DNA of 64,000 nucleotides, taken from positions 31,904-95,903 of the forward strand of contig JBMYWA010000001.1 in the NCBI GenBank assembly GCA_049606935.1. The letters are read 5' to 3'. Each line of letters begins with the position of its first letter. Positions within the stretch are counted from its first letter, which is position 1. The stretch comes from Salibacteraceae bacterium. Lineage in GTDB: Bacteria; Bacteroidota; Bacteroidia; Flavobacteriales_G; Salibacteraceae. Shown here piece after piece: positions 19,626 to 29,396 of the stretch. A model generated the notes under the pieces. That model had not been told where the DNA came from. It saw only the letters and a list, made by a program, of their open reading frames with translations, and did not search any database. The position numbers and the translations under genes are program-made.

Positions 19626-20834
19626 ATGTCCATGTTTAAAAAAATTGCCTTATTAGGTGCGGTTGCAATTTCAACCATTGGAGGATTAAATGCTCAAGAA
19701 GCAGACACTGTTAGAAACACCGAAGACGGTGGTTATTTATTTACAATTCAAAACAGTATTGAAGCCACAGATGTGAAGAATCAGTATAGATCAGGTACTT
19801 GTTGGAGTTTTTCGGCACTTTCATTTTTTGAAGCCGAAATTGAAAGAATGACGGGTAAGAGATATGACCTATCTGAGATGTTTGTGGTTTGGCATACCTA
19901 TTCTGATAAAGCTACCAAAACAGTTAGAATGTATGGTGAATTGAATTTTGGTCCGGGTGGGGCATTTCATGATGTGGTTTATGTGATGAAACATTACGGA
20001 ATGGTTCCGGATACTGTTTACACTGGTTTGAACTATGGTACGGATAAGCACATGCATGGTGAGTTAGATAAAGTTTTAAAAGCCATGGTAGATGTCATTG
20101 TTGAAAACCCAAATAAAAAGCTTTCTACGGCTTGGAAGCCTGCAATTGAAGGTACTCTTAATGCGTATTTAGGTGAAATTCCAGAAGAATTCGAGTTTGA
20201 AGGAAAAAAATATACGCCTAAGTCGTTTTTAGAAATGACTAAATTAAATCCAGATGATTATATTGCGTTAACTTCATTTAATCATCATCCGTATTATTCT
20301 GAATTTCCAATTGCTGTAGCAGATAACTGGTTATGGAAAGAGTTTTACAATTTACCTTTAGATGAGTTTATGACAGTAATGGAAAGTTCATTAGAAAATG
20401 GCTACTCTATTGCCTGGGCTGCTGATGTGAGCGAGAAGGGTTTTTCGTTTAGAGATAGGTTAGCTGTTGTTCCTGGTGATATGGATAACATTGTAGTAAA
20501 AGGTAAGGATAATAAAAACTTTAGTGACGCAGGCGCTGAAAAGAAAGGTTCTGCTTTTGATTCCCCAGTAGAAGAGAAAGTTATTACTCAAGAAAACAGG
20601 CAAGCCGCATATGATAGTCAAGAAACTACAGACGATCATGGAATGCACATTACAGGTATGGCTACAGATCAGCATGGAACCAAATACTATATTGTAAAAA
20701 ACTCTTGGGGTACTAAGTATAGCGATGGGTATTTCTTTGCGTCAGAGGCTTACGTGAAGTACAAGACAATGAACATTTTGATTCATAAGGATGGTATTCC
20801 AAAAAATTTAAGAAAAAAATTAGGGATTAAATAA
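19626..20834 (+). CDS. pepC: Aminopeptidase C / bleomycin hydrolase-like cysteine peptidase (C1B), exported
   Basis: Q.RSGTCWSF catalytic Cys, DDHGMH catalytic His, VKNSWG. Confidence 0.9.
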   Translation: MSMFKKIALLGAVAISTIGGLNAQEADTVRNTEDGGYLFTIQNSIEATDVKNQYRSGTCWSFSALSFFEAEIERMTGKRYDLSEMFVVWHTYSDKATKTVRMYGELNFGPGGAFHDVVYVMKHYGMVPDTVYTGLNYGTDKHMHGELDKVLKAMVDVIVENPNKKLSTAWKPAIEGTLNAYLGEIPEEFEFEGKKYTPKSFLEMTKLNPDDYIALTSFNHHPYYSEFPIAVADNWLWKEFYNLPLDEFMTVMESSLENGYSIAWAADVSEKGFSFRDRLAVVPGDMDNIVVKGKDNKNFSDAGAEKKGSAFDSPVEEKVITQENRQAAYDSQETTDDHGMHITGMATDQHGTKYYIVKNSWGTKYSDGYFFASEAYVKYKTMNILIHKDGIPKNLRKKLGIK

Positions 20835-20856
20835 TACAATTCAGAAAAAACTATCG

Positions 20857-20889
20857 AAAAGGGCTACTGTTTAGTAGCCCTTTTTTTTT
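20857..20889 (+). terminator. Intrinsic terminator of pepC
   Basis: GGGCTACT-gttt-AGTAGCCC plus T9. Confidence 0.85.
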
Positions 20890-21107
20890 GAATTAATACA
20901 GGTAGATGATAGAAAATGTTCATTTTAATTATTTGGTATTAATTTTCAATTATTTGGTAAACACATAATTTTTGACGTTTTTATTTGGTTGTAAATGTTG
21001 TTTTTGTGTAATTGCTTTTAATATTTAGTCAATATGTTTAAGTATTAGGAATTATAGTTTGTAATGTCGTATGAAACTCTACATTTGTTTCACCAATACA
21101 CTACACT

Positions 21108-21905
21108 ATGAAAATTAAACACTTACTAACAGCATGTATTTTACCACTTACATTTACTATGTATGCAGGTGAAAAAGGAAACAATGGCGAAAACTCATAT
21201 TCAGAGGTAACAGCCACATCAAACTTTGACGCTAGCGTTGGAGAAATGATATCATTTTCTATACCTCAAGAACACCCGGGTCAAGCCTATTTAATAAAAT
21301 CAGAAACACCATCTAATAATTGGCTTTTTGTTTACCACGATAGATGGGGCTTGAGTACAGAAGTAAAGGAAGAAGCGTATACTCTTTGGAAAGATCTTAA
21401 GAATGTAAATGTTTTAGCTATCGATTTGTACGATGGTAAGGTTGCAAAAACTAACGGACAGGCCATGAGGTATCTTATGTCAAGTCAGTATAATAGAAAT
21501 ATCTCGATAATTAAGGGGGCTATTGACTATGTGGGTACTGATGCAAAAATTGGTTCGTTAGGATGGAGTGCTGGCGGAGCATGGTCTTTACAAACTGCAA
21601 TTTACGCAGGCGAAAAAGATGTGGCCTGTGTTGTTTATTATGGAATGCCGGAATATGATGTAGAAAAACTAAAGAAAATTGAAACCGATGTATTAGCCAT
21701 TTTTGCGGATATGGATACTTGGATTACTCCTGGTTTAGTAAACAGGTTTCAAACTCAAATGAGTATGGCTGGAAAAGAATTAAAAGAAATTGAATACCAA
21801 GGAACGGGCGGGTTTGCCAACAAAGGATCAGATAAATATAATTACGAGAACGCAGAAAATGCATATTCGCAAGTATTATCTTATCTATCCGCGAGGTATG
21901 AGTAA
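21108..21905 (+). CDS. Exported dienelactone-hydrolase-family protein with substituted catalytic residues
   Basis: H(D)RWGL, A.DLYDGKVA, GWSAGG (usually GWCxGG), YYGMP, GGFAN (usually HAFAN). Confidence 0.8.
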   Translation: MKIKHLLTACILPLTFTMYAGEKGNNGENSYSEVTATSNFDASVGEMISFSIPQEHPGQAYLIKSETPSNNWLFVYHDRWGLSTEVKEEAYTLWKDLKNVNVLAIDLYDGKVAKTNGQAMRYLMSSQYNRNISIIKGAIDYVGTDAKIGSLGWSAGGAWSLQTAIYAGEKDVACVVYYGMPEYDVEKLKKIETDVLAIFADMDTWITPGLVNRFQTQMSMAGKELKEIEYQGTGGFANKGSDKYNYENAENAYSQVLSYLSARYE

Positions 21906-21928
21906 TTATTAAATGAAGTTTTGTTTTG

Positions 21929-21960
21929 GCCTGAAGTTAGAAATAGCTTCAGGCTTTTTT
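21929..21960 (+). terminator. Intrinsic terminator
   Basis: GCCTGAAGT...GCTTCAGGC plus T6. Confidence 0.75.
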
Positions 21961-22010
21961 ATTTCTCTTTTTTAACCAAACCCTATATTTTTGCGTTTCT
22001 ATTTAAAAAA

Positions 22011-22613
22011 ATGAAAGAATTCTTTTTTGGCGTAATTTCAATTTTGTTGATGGGCTTTTCTCTGCCACAAAATAAAACAGAAGCTTATTCTCATATTCAG
22101 AATCTCAAAAAAGGCGTTTTGTTAGTGCGGCTTCACAGTCAGGATGCAATGATAGCCAAGATGAAACATTTTCGACAAGATGTTGCTCGGGTAAAAAAAA
22201 TAAAAGAAATTCACGAAAAAAACAAAGAAACCTACTTGGCCTTTTCATCGGTATATGACTTTAGTGACCTACGGTTTTTTAATGGAAGGGACAGTAAAAA
22301 AGTAAGAGATGGTGATTACAGTAATATTTTTTTAGATGATAATTTGGAAATAGATACGAGCATCAAAATACCCCAAAATGTACCTGTGTATGTGTTAGAT
22401 GTGGGCGATATTTTTTTTCCTAATATGAGTGGCCATCAAGAGGGTGTGATTATTATGAATACCATTATGGAGCCATTAAAAAAGCCATTCCCGTATTACG
22501 TGCGTAAACGAAGTGGAATGGCCATTATTAAACGTACTGACCTAGATATGGCCGTAATTTTAAATAATTCGCTAAAAACCTTTTACAAGGAGAGTCAACG
22601 TTCCCGGGAGTAA
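22011..22613 (+). CDS. Hypothetical exported protein
   Basis: Start moved to MKEFFF at 22011, downstream of the terminator; signal peptide; LK.GVLLVRL, PFPYY motifs. Confidence 0.65.
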   Translation: MKEFFFGVISILLMGFSLPQNKTEAYSHIQNLKKGVLLVRLHSQDAMIAKMKHFRQDVARVKKIKEIHEKNKETYLAFSSVYDFSDLRFFNGRDSKKVRDGDYSNIFLDDNLEIDTSIKIPQNVPVYVLDVGDIFFPNMSGHQEGVIIMNTIMEPLKKPFPYYVRKRSGMAIIKRTDLDMAVILNNSLKTFYKESQRSRE

Positions 22614-22626
22614 GGAGAATGTTTTA

Positions 22627-23352
22627 TTACTTACTCCAAATCTTCCAACTTTCCTCTGCTTGTAAATGAAGCATTTCCAATCCATTTCTTGTATTACAAC
22701 CTTGAGCTTCTGCTAAAGATAAAAATTTGGTTTTTTCAGGATTGTAAATCAAATCAAAAACATAGTGATTTTCTGTCAATAACTGATATGGAATATCTGG
22801 AGCCTCATCCGTATTAGGAGCCATTCCAACCGGGGTGGTGTTAATAAACAAATTATACTGTTCAAAAATACGTTTGGTAAGCCCCGAGTAGGTTAAATCA
22901 CCAACTCTTGTGTTTCTTGAAACTACTAAGTACGGTATACCCATTACCTCTAACGCCCCTTTTATGGCTGAAGAAGCACCTCCGGTACCCATAACAATTG
23001 CAGCAGCTCTTTTGTAGCCTAGTTGGTCTCGTAAAGACTTTCGAAAACCTAATAAATCGGTATTATAACCTACCAATTCACCATCTTCTACTTTGATACA
23101 ATTTACAGCTTTAGCACGTGCAACTAGTGGGTCTAATCGGTCCATGTAACGCATTATTGTTTTTTTGTAAGGAATGGTAATATTCACCCCCGAAAGATCA
23201 TTATCTTTAATAAACTCTCTTAAGTTAGTGATATCTTCTAAATCATAGGCTTCATATTGAGCATCTATACCCTCACTTTTGAATTTATCGTTAAAGTATT
23301 TTGGAGAGAAGGTATGAGATAAGGGATGTCCAATTAGTCCGTATTTTTTCAT
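22627..23352 (-). CDS. aroE: Shikimate dehydrogenase
   Basis: GHPLSHTFSP, NITIPYK, AVNC, GYNTD, GTGGA, NTTPVGM, DLIYNP, NGLEML..QA. Confidence 0.95.
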   Translation of the reverse strand: MKKYGLIGHPLSHTFSPKYFNDKFKSEGIDAQYEAYDLEDITNLREFIKDNDLSGVNITIPYKKTIMRYMDRLDPLVARAKAVNCIKVEDGELVGYNTDLLGFRKSLRDQLGYKRAAAIVMGTGGASSAIKGALEVMGIPYLVVSRNTRVGDLTYSGLTKRIFEQYNLFINTTPVGMAPNTDEAPDIPYQLLTENHYVFDLIYNPEKTKFLSLAEAQGCNTRNGLEMLHLQAEESWKIWSK

Positions 23353-23396
23353 TTGGTGATTTTTATAGCTATTAAAAATTCAAATAGAAATCGTAA

Positions 23397-24410
23397 TTAT
23401 GATTTTTTTGCTGAAACTCTTTCCAAAACAAAGATAATAAGGAAACCCACAACAAACAGCCCTATTGCAGCACCAATTTGCGGAGATTTTGTTGTTAAGC
23501 CAATTAGCAGATCATTTTCTGTTACAATTGAATAGTTTGCATTGGGTAATACATTCTTTTCCACCAATGGAATCACTTTCTCATTGGCTTCGCCAGCGTG
23601 TTTTACAAATACCTCTTGTACTTCTTTCCAAGGCCATACTTTATTTAATGAACCAATTAAAAAGCCCGTTAATAAGGCTAATGTTCTATTTTCATATTTT
23701 TCAAACATCCATTTAAGAACACGAGAAAAACTTAATAAACCAACAATTCCTCCTATAGCAAAAAGACCTAGTTCTAACCCATTGGTTAAAATAATGGTAA
23801 AATCCATTGCTTTTACGCCATCTAATAAGGTACTAACTTTGCCTAGAATTAGATGGTAAGCTCCTAATAATAAGAGAATAAAGCTCCCGGAAATACCAGG
23901 TAAAATCATAGCCACAAAGGCTAATACTCCTGATAGAAATAAATACCACATTGTGTCAGGTCCTTGAGCTGGAGATACAACCGTTACCCCAAATGAAATA
24001 ATTGCTCCAATTATTAGGGCTACCCAATTTCCTAATGACCATTTAGAAACTCGGGTTCCAATTAGCCATACGGAAGCTACAATTAGGCCAAAGAAAAAAG
24101 CCCAAACTAACACAGGTTCATTATGTAAGAGGTAATTAAATATTTTGGCTAGAGAAAGTATGCTAATTGCAATTCCGGATATTAATGCGAGTAAAAACTT
24201 TCCGTTTATGGCATTAAATGCTGCAACAAGGCCATCTTTTTTAATAACCTTTATCAAATCAAAGTTTAAAGAAGTAAGGGTGTCAATAAGTTCCTTATAT
24301 ATACCAGCTATTAGGGCAATGGTTCCTCCAGAGACCCCAGGCACAACGTCAGCTGCACCCATAGCCATTCCCTTTAGTGTGATTAGTAAATAGTCTTTTA
24401 AACTTCTCAT
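23397..24410 (-). CDS. DUF368 membrane protein (undecaprenyl-phosphate translocase, PopT-like)
   Basis: MGAADVVPGVSGGTIA and AMILPGISGS re-entrant repeats, GSL.KVWPW. Confidence 0.9.
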   Translation of the reverse strand: MRSLKDYLLITLKGMAMGAADVVPGVSGGTIALIAGIYKELIDTLTSLNFDLIKVIKKDGLVAAFNAINGKFLLALISGIAISILSLAKIFNYLLHNEPVLVWAFFFGLIVASVWLIGTRVSKWSLGNWVALIIGAIISFGVTVVSPAQGPDTMWYLFLSGVLAFVAMILPGISGSFILLLLGAYHLILGKVSTLLDGVKAMDFTIILTNGLELGLFAIGGIVGLLSFSRVLKWMFEKYENRTLALLTGFLIGSLNKVWPWKEVQEVFVKHAGEANEKVIPLVEKNVLPNANYSIVTENDLLIGLTTKSPQIGAAIGLFVVGFLIIFVLERVSAKKS

Positions 24411-24429
24411 ATTTAATTATTTCTTAGGT

Positions 24430-24466
24430 AAAAAAATAGCTAGAAGGCCCAGACCTTTCTAGCTAT
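24430..24466 (-). terminator. Intrinsic terminator after comA
   Basis: ATAGCTAGAA/TTCTAGCTAT 10-bp stem plus T7 on the minus strand. Confidence 0.65.
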
Positions 24467-24485
24467 ATAAATTGTTAATGTAAGT

Positions 24486-25268
24486 TTACATCATTTTTTT
24501 TGCCAAGTCTTCTGGCAAAAAGTTAAATAATGTATCACCACGTAAACCTAAACGCAAGGTCTCTAAAGGAATAACTTCATGTGGTGCAATATTACCAAGG
24601 TTTACGTTCGCTCCAAACTGGTTAATAAACCACACTTGTTGCGATTTTTGCGGAGCTTCCCATAGAACGTTGTCATTTCCAATTTCTTCAGAAATATGTG
24701 AAATCATGGATTGCTTGGCGTTTCCATCCTTATCAAAAATCCCGATAGTTCCACTTTCTCGAGCTTCAGCAATTACCTTCCAAGCACCTGCCTGAAGCTC
24801 TGATTTCATTTTTCTAATCCAATCTTCTTCACTTAATAAATCGGCATCGGTTTTAGATCCCACTTCACTTAACACCGTAAAATCCTTAGCTAATTCAGAA
24901 ATAAACTCTAGTTTTTGTTCTTCCGGTATATGAATACATCCATCAGATACTTCTGCGTATTCTAATTTTAAATCACCTAAAAGTTTACGGTAATCATCAA
25001 ACATGTTACGAACTGCAAATGCCTCAAATAAAGTGCCGCCCAAATAGCATTTAATATTAGCCTCTTTATACATGGCCAATTTTACTTTTAGGTTCTTTGT
25101 TATATAAGATGTTCCAAACCCAAACTTTACCACATCCATTAAATCACCACATGATTCAATAAAATATTCTGTTTGTCGGTTACTAAGACCTTTATCCATC
25201 ATCATGGTAAGACCTTTTTCTCTTGGTTTTTCTGTCCTATTAGGAAGAAAAGGTAAATCAAAATTCAT
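24486..25268 (-). CDS. comA: (2R)-phospho-3-sulfolactate synthase (ComA/HSA32 family)
   Basis: KPR..GLTM..DKG, D.VKFG.GT, GGTLFE, EVSDG, SEVGSK, EARESG, WEAP.K.QQ, VNLGNI, LETLR.GLRGDT. Confidence 0.92.
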   Translation of the reverse strand: MNFDLPFLPNRTEKPREKGLTMMMDKGLSNRQTEYFIESCGDLMDVVKFGFGTSYITKNLKVKLAMYKEANIKCYLGGTLFEAFAVRNMFDDYRKLLGDLKLEYAEVSDGCIHIPEEQKLEFISELAKDFTVLSEVGSKTDADLLSEEDWIRKMKSELQAGAWKVIAEARESGTIGIFDKDGNAKQSMISHISEEIGNDNVLWEAPQKSQQVWFINQFGANVNLGNIAPHEVIPLETLRLGLRGDTLFNFLPEDLAKKMM

Positions 25269-25269
25269 A

Positions 25270-26682
25270 TTATTTGTAATTTTCTATTAAATCCATAATT
25301 CCAATATGGTTTACTGCTTCAGGGCAGTACTCAAGGAATTGATTTGATTTTTTTGAATCTATTTCTAATGCTAAAAACAAAATAGATTCGGCATCTGTAA
25401 TATTACCAATATGCACTAACATTGCTGCATATTTATAATAAAGATTAGCCTCATCTGGGTACTTTGTTATGCCATCTACCAATACTTTTAATGATTCGTT
25501 GGTTTTACCATTTGCCATTAAGGCTTCTGAATAGTCTAAAAAGATTCCTGTATTTTCAATTTCAGAATTAAACACTTTTTGGTAAATAACCTCTGCGTTT
25601 TCATACTCTCCAAGGTTAACTAAAAGATCTGCATGAAAATATTGGTAGTACATGTTATTTGGGTTTAGCTTAATAGCTTTTTCAATGTATAGTAAACCTT
25701 CTTGCGCCTGATCCATATTAGAATAGGCCACGGCAAACCCTAACCACCCATCAGAATACTCCGGACTATGGTCAACCGCCTTTTGAAAGTAGGTAATGGC
25801 TTCTTCGTTTTTTTCTAAAACGATGTAACAATGCCCTATAAAATTATAAGTGATTGGATCTACATAATTTGGTAAAATGGAACTTTTATAGGAATCAATT
25901 GCGTTTTCAAATTGTTCAATTTTCATAAAAGCATTTCCTAAATTAAAAAAGGCCTCAGAAAATTTATCGTTAATCAAAGTTGCATATTCATACGCTCTGA
26001 CTGCTTCCGAATAGTTATCCATTGTCATATACATGTTCCCCAAAGAGAACCACGCAAAATGAGAGTAAGGGTTATCATCAATAAATTTATTGATAATGTC
26101 TACCCCGTTTTGGTATTGACCACTTAACTCACAACTCAAACTTATTTCCATTAAAGCATCTTCATTGTCAGGACTAATTCTTAAAATGTCTAGATACTCT
26201 GAAACAGAGGCTTGAAAATCTCCTATTTCTTGAAATTCTTTGGCTAAAGCGAGTTTTGCCTCAATTTTATCTTCGTTTTCCGAAATGGAAACTAGTTTAT
26301 TTAAAATTTCAATGGCTTTTTCTTTTTGGTCGGCCATACTATAAATAGAGGCTTTGCTAAAATAGTGTTCAGGGTTAGAGTCTTCAAACAGAGAAACTTT
26401 TTCAATTATTCGAATGGCTTCTGTTGCTTGTTCACTGTAAACTAATGATTCTGCTTCTTTAAGCTGGAGAGCAGGTGATTCTGGATGTTGACCTTTGGCT
26501 AATTTTATTAAGAGTTGCACCAATTCTTGATTGGATTCAACTAAATAATAATCAATTAATTCTTCAAATTCTTCTACATCAAAGTAATACTCTGCTCCAA
26601 GAGCTTGCATTTCTTCAAATTTCTTTATCAAATGGTTTATGTTTCCATCTTCAAAAGGCAGATAATCAGAATGGTCTTCCAT
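25270..26682 (-). CDS. Tetratricopeptide-repeat protein
   Basis: YFD.EEFE..I.YY N-terminus plus many TPRs (AWF.LG..Y...A...YE.A). Start moved to 26682 (TACATTTG -7 box at 26690-26697). Confidence 0.88.
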   Translation of the reverse strand: MEDHSDYLPFEDGNINHLIKKFEEMQALGAEYYFDVEEFEELIDYYLVESNQELVQLLIKLAKGQHPESPALQLKEAESLVYSEQATEAIRIIEKVSLFEDSNPEHYFSKASIYSMADQKEKAIEILNKLVSISENEDKIEAKLALAKEFQEIGDFQASVSEYLDILRISPDNEDALMEISLSCELSGQYQNGVDIINKFIDDNPYSHFAWFSLGNMYMTMDNYSEAVRAYEYATLINDKFSEAFFNLGNAFMKIEQFENAIDSYKSSILPNYVDPITYNFIGHCYIVLEKNEEAITYFQKAVDHSPEYSDGWLGFAVAYSNMDQAQEGLLYIEKAIKLNPNNMYYQYFHADLLVNLGEYENAEVIYQKVFNSEIENTGIFLDYSEALMANGKTNESLKVLVDGITKYPDEANLYYKYAAMLVHIGNITDAESILFLALEIDSKKSNQFLEYCPEAVNHIGIMDLIENYK

Positions 26683-26821
26683 AAGCGTGCAAATGTACTG
26701 CTTCACCAAAGATAATAAAACAAAAAGGTGGGTTTTGAGGGCAATTTTTGTTTTGTTAACAAGAGTATTAACATGTTAATATAACTTCAGTTTTTGGTAG
26801 AATAATGCCTTGTTTTGTATT

Positions 26822-26829
26822 TATCTTTG
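26822..26829 (+). promoter_or_regulatory. Bacteroidota primary-sigma -7 box (glmM)
   Basis: TATCTTTG matches TAnnTTTG about 20 bp before the ATG; the same box recurs before tpx, rpmE2, typA and several minus-strand genes. Confidence 0.7.
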
Positions 26830-26850
26830 CACCCCTAAAAACGAAAATAA

Positions 26851-28245
26851 ATGCCCCTTATAAAATCAATTTCCGGAATTCGAGGAACAATTGGTGGCCA
26901 ACCTGATGAAGGTTTAACACCATTAGACGTAGTAAAGTTTACATCAGCATTTGGCTTTTGGCTTTTGCAAAAAAACAATTCTGAAACACCTAAAGTTGTG
27001 GTGGGTCGTGATGCCAGAATTTCTGGTGAAATGGTTTCCAACCTTGTTTGTTCCACCTTGCAAGGCCTTGGAATAAATGTAGTTGACCTAGGTTTATCTA
27101 CAACACCTACAGTTGAAGTAGCAGTACCTTATTACAAGGCTATTGGTGGAATAATAATTACCGCAAGTCATAATCCAAAAGAATGGAATGCGCTGAAACT
27201 GTTAAATGATAAAGGTGAATTTATTAGCGCAACTGATGGTGCAGAAGTACTGGAGTTAGCAGATAAAGATGAGGTTGTTTTTGCGGAGGTGGATAGCCTT
27301 GGATCTATAGAAAAAAATGATGAATTTGGTAATATTCATATTCAACAAATTTTGGATCTTCCATTAGTAAACGTTGATGCCATTAAAGCGCGTAAATTTA
27401 AAGTAGTACTAGATGCTGTGAATTCTACTGGTGGAATTTTTGTGCCCCAACTTTTAGAAGCTCTAAATGTAGAGGTAAAAAAGTTGTATTGTGAGCCCAA
27501 TGGTAAATTTCCTCATAATCCAGAGCCCTTGCCTGAAAATTTAACGGAGCTAATCTCTGTCATGAAGGATGAAGCCTATGACCTAGGAATTGTTGTAGAT
27601 CCAGATGTGGATAGGTTAGCCCTAGTAAGTGAAACCGGAGAAGTTTTTGGTGAAGAGTATACTTTAGTTGCGGTATCCGACTATGTTTTGGGTAAAACAA
27701 AGGGAGACACCGTTTCTAATATGTCTTCTACTAGAGCTTTGAGAGATGTTACTGAAAAATTTGGCCAAAATCATCATGCATCTGCTGTGGGTGAAGTAAA
27801 TGTGGTCAACAAAATGAAAGCAGTTAATGCTGTAATTGGAGGAGAAGGTAACGGAGGTGTAATTTACCCTGAATTACATTACGGAAGAGATTCTTTAGTT
27901 GGAATTGCATTGTTCTTATCTCACTTAGCAGAAAAGGAATGTAAAGCTTCTGCCTTGAGATCTTCATATCCAAACTACCATATTTCTAAGAATAAGATTA
28001 GCCTTACTCCTGAAATTGATGTAGATAAAGTATTAGAGTTGGTAGAAAAAAAATATAAAAACCAACCTATCAATACAGAGGATGGATTGAAAATTGAGTT
28101 TGATAAAGAATGGGTTCATTTAAGAAAATCTAATACCGAACCAATTATTAGGATTTATTCTGAAAGTGAACATCAAACTACCGCAGAAATATTGGCTGAA
28201 AAGCTAATTTCGGATATGAAAGAAATTATTAGAGAGAATAGATAA
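26851..28245 (+). CDS. glmM: Phosphoglucosamine mutase
   Basis: SISGIRG, TASHNP phospho-Ser loop, DPDVDR metal loop, GGEGNGG, R.SNTEP. Confidence 0.9.
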   Translation: MPLIKSISGIRGTIGGQPDEGLTPLDVVKFTSAFGFWLLQKNNSETPKVVVGRDARISGEMVSNLVCSTLQGLGINVVDLGLSTTPTVEVAVPYYKAIGGIIITASHNPKEWNALKLLNDKGEFISATDGAEVLELADKDEVVFAEVDSLGSIEKNDEFGNIHIQQILDLPLVNVDAIKARKFKVVLDAVNSTGGIFVPQLLEALNVEVKKLYCEPNGKFPHNPEPLPENLTELISVMKDEAYDLGIVVDPDVDRLALVSETGEVFGEEYTLVAVSDYVLGKTKGDTVSNMSSTRALRDVTEKFGQNHHASAVGEVNVVNKMKAVNAVIGGEGNGGVIYPELHYGRDSLVGIALFLSHLAEKECKASALRSSYPNYHISKNKISLTPEIDVDKVLELVEKKYKNQPINTEDGLKIEFDKEWVHLRKSNTEPIIRIYSESEHQTTAEILAEKLISDMKEIIRENR

Positions 28246-28254
28246 ATCATTATT

Positions 28255-29376
28255 ATGCCAATTTATTTTGATAATGCGGCAACAACCGCTTTAGAACCTC
28301 GCGTAAAAGAGGCAATTATTAAGGCTATGGAGGCGGATGGGAATCCGTCTTCTACACATGGTTTAGGTAGAAAATCTAAAGCAATTATTGAATCTTGTCG
28401 TTCTAAAGTGTCTTCACTGCTTGGTTGCCAACCTGGTGAAATATTTTTTACATCTGGAGGTACTGAAGCCGATAACCTAGCCATTTTAGGTACGGTCGAA
28501 TTGGGTAGGGTAAAAACAATTATCTCTTCTCCCATAGAGCACCCAGCAATTTTAGATAGCATAGCTAAGGCGGTTAAACTTTTTGGTGTAGAAGTTAAAT
28601 GGGTTAAAATTTTGCCAAATGGTGATATCGATTTAAATAATTTAGAATTAATATTAAAGGAAAATCCAAACTCTCTAGTTTCATTGATGCATGTTAACAA
28701 TGAGATCGGAAACATTTTAGATATTGAACGGGTAGGGGAGTTATGTGAAATTTATAACGCTACTTTTCATAGTGATATGGTACAAAGCATTGGCCACTTC
28801 CCAATTAATTTGAATGAATTACCGGTAGACTTAGCTTCTTGTTCGGCTCATAAAATCCATGGTCCTAAGGGAGCTGGCTTTTTGTATAAAAAGAAAGGAG
28901 TTTCATTAACGCCTCAATCTAATGGAGGGAAACAAGAACGTGAACTTAGAGGCGGGACGGAGAATCTCCTTGGGATAGTTGGTTTTTCAAAAGCTTTGGA
29001 AATAGCAATTCAGGAGGAGAGTCAAATTAATAAAACCATTAATGAGTTAAAATCATATTTTAAGGAACAACTTACTTTTTGTTTTGATAAGGTGAATTTT
29101 AACGGTAATAGCGGTAACCTTAAGGATAGTGTTAATTCTATTATAAGTGTCAATTTCCCATCGGTGTCTAATAATGATATGATTTTGTTTCAATTGGATT
29201 TAAAAGGTATTTATGTATCAGGAGGTAGTGCTTGCAGTTCTGGAGGAATAGGTGGTTCTCATGTTTTAAATGCGATTAATTCTGTAGGAGCATCCATGCG
29301 TTTTTCTTTTTGTAAGGAAAACACAAAAGAAGAAATTGATGTTGTCATTGAAACTCTTAAAGGTATGGTTTCGTAA
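28255..29376 (+). CDS. Cysteine desulfurase (IscS/NifS group I)
   Basis: YFDNAATT, SGGTEADN, SAHK PLP lysine, SGGSACSS catalytic Cys. Confidence 0.92.
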   Translation: MPIYFDNAATTALEPRVKEAIIKAMEADGNPSSTHGLGRKSKAIIESCRSKVSSLLGCQPGEIFFTSGGTEADNLAILGTVELGRVKTIISSPIEHPAILDSIAKAVKLFGVEVKWVKILPNGDIDLNNLELILKENPNSLVSLMHVNNEIGNILDIERVGELCEIYNATFHSDMVQSIGHFPINLNELPVDLASCSAHKIHGPKGAGFLYKKKGVSLTPQSNGGKQERELRGGTENLLGIVGFSKALEIAIQEESQINKTINELKSYFKEQLTFCFDKVNFNGNSGNLKDSVNSIISVNFPSVSNNDMILFQLDLKGIYVSGGSACSSGGIGGSHVLNAINSVGASMRFSFCKENTKEEIDVVIETLKGMVS

Positions 29377-29396
29377 ACAATTAAAACGTCAAAAAA

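Noticed and set aside
19583-19678. Apparent head-to-head overlap of DUF6702 and pepC
   Set aside because: Disappears when the DUF6702 start is placed at 19582, downstream of its -7 box.
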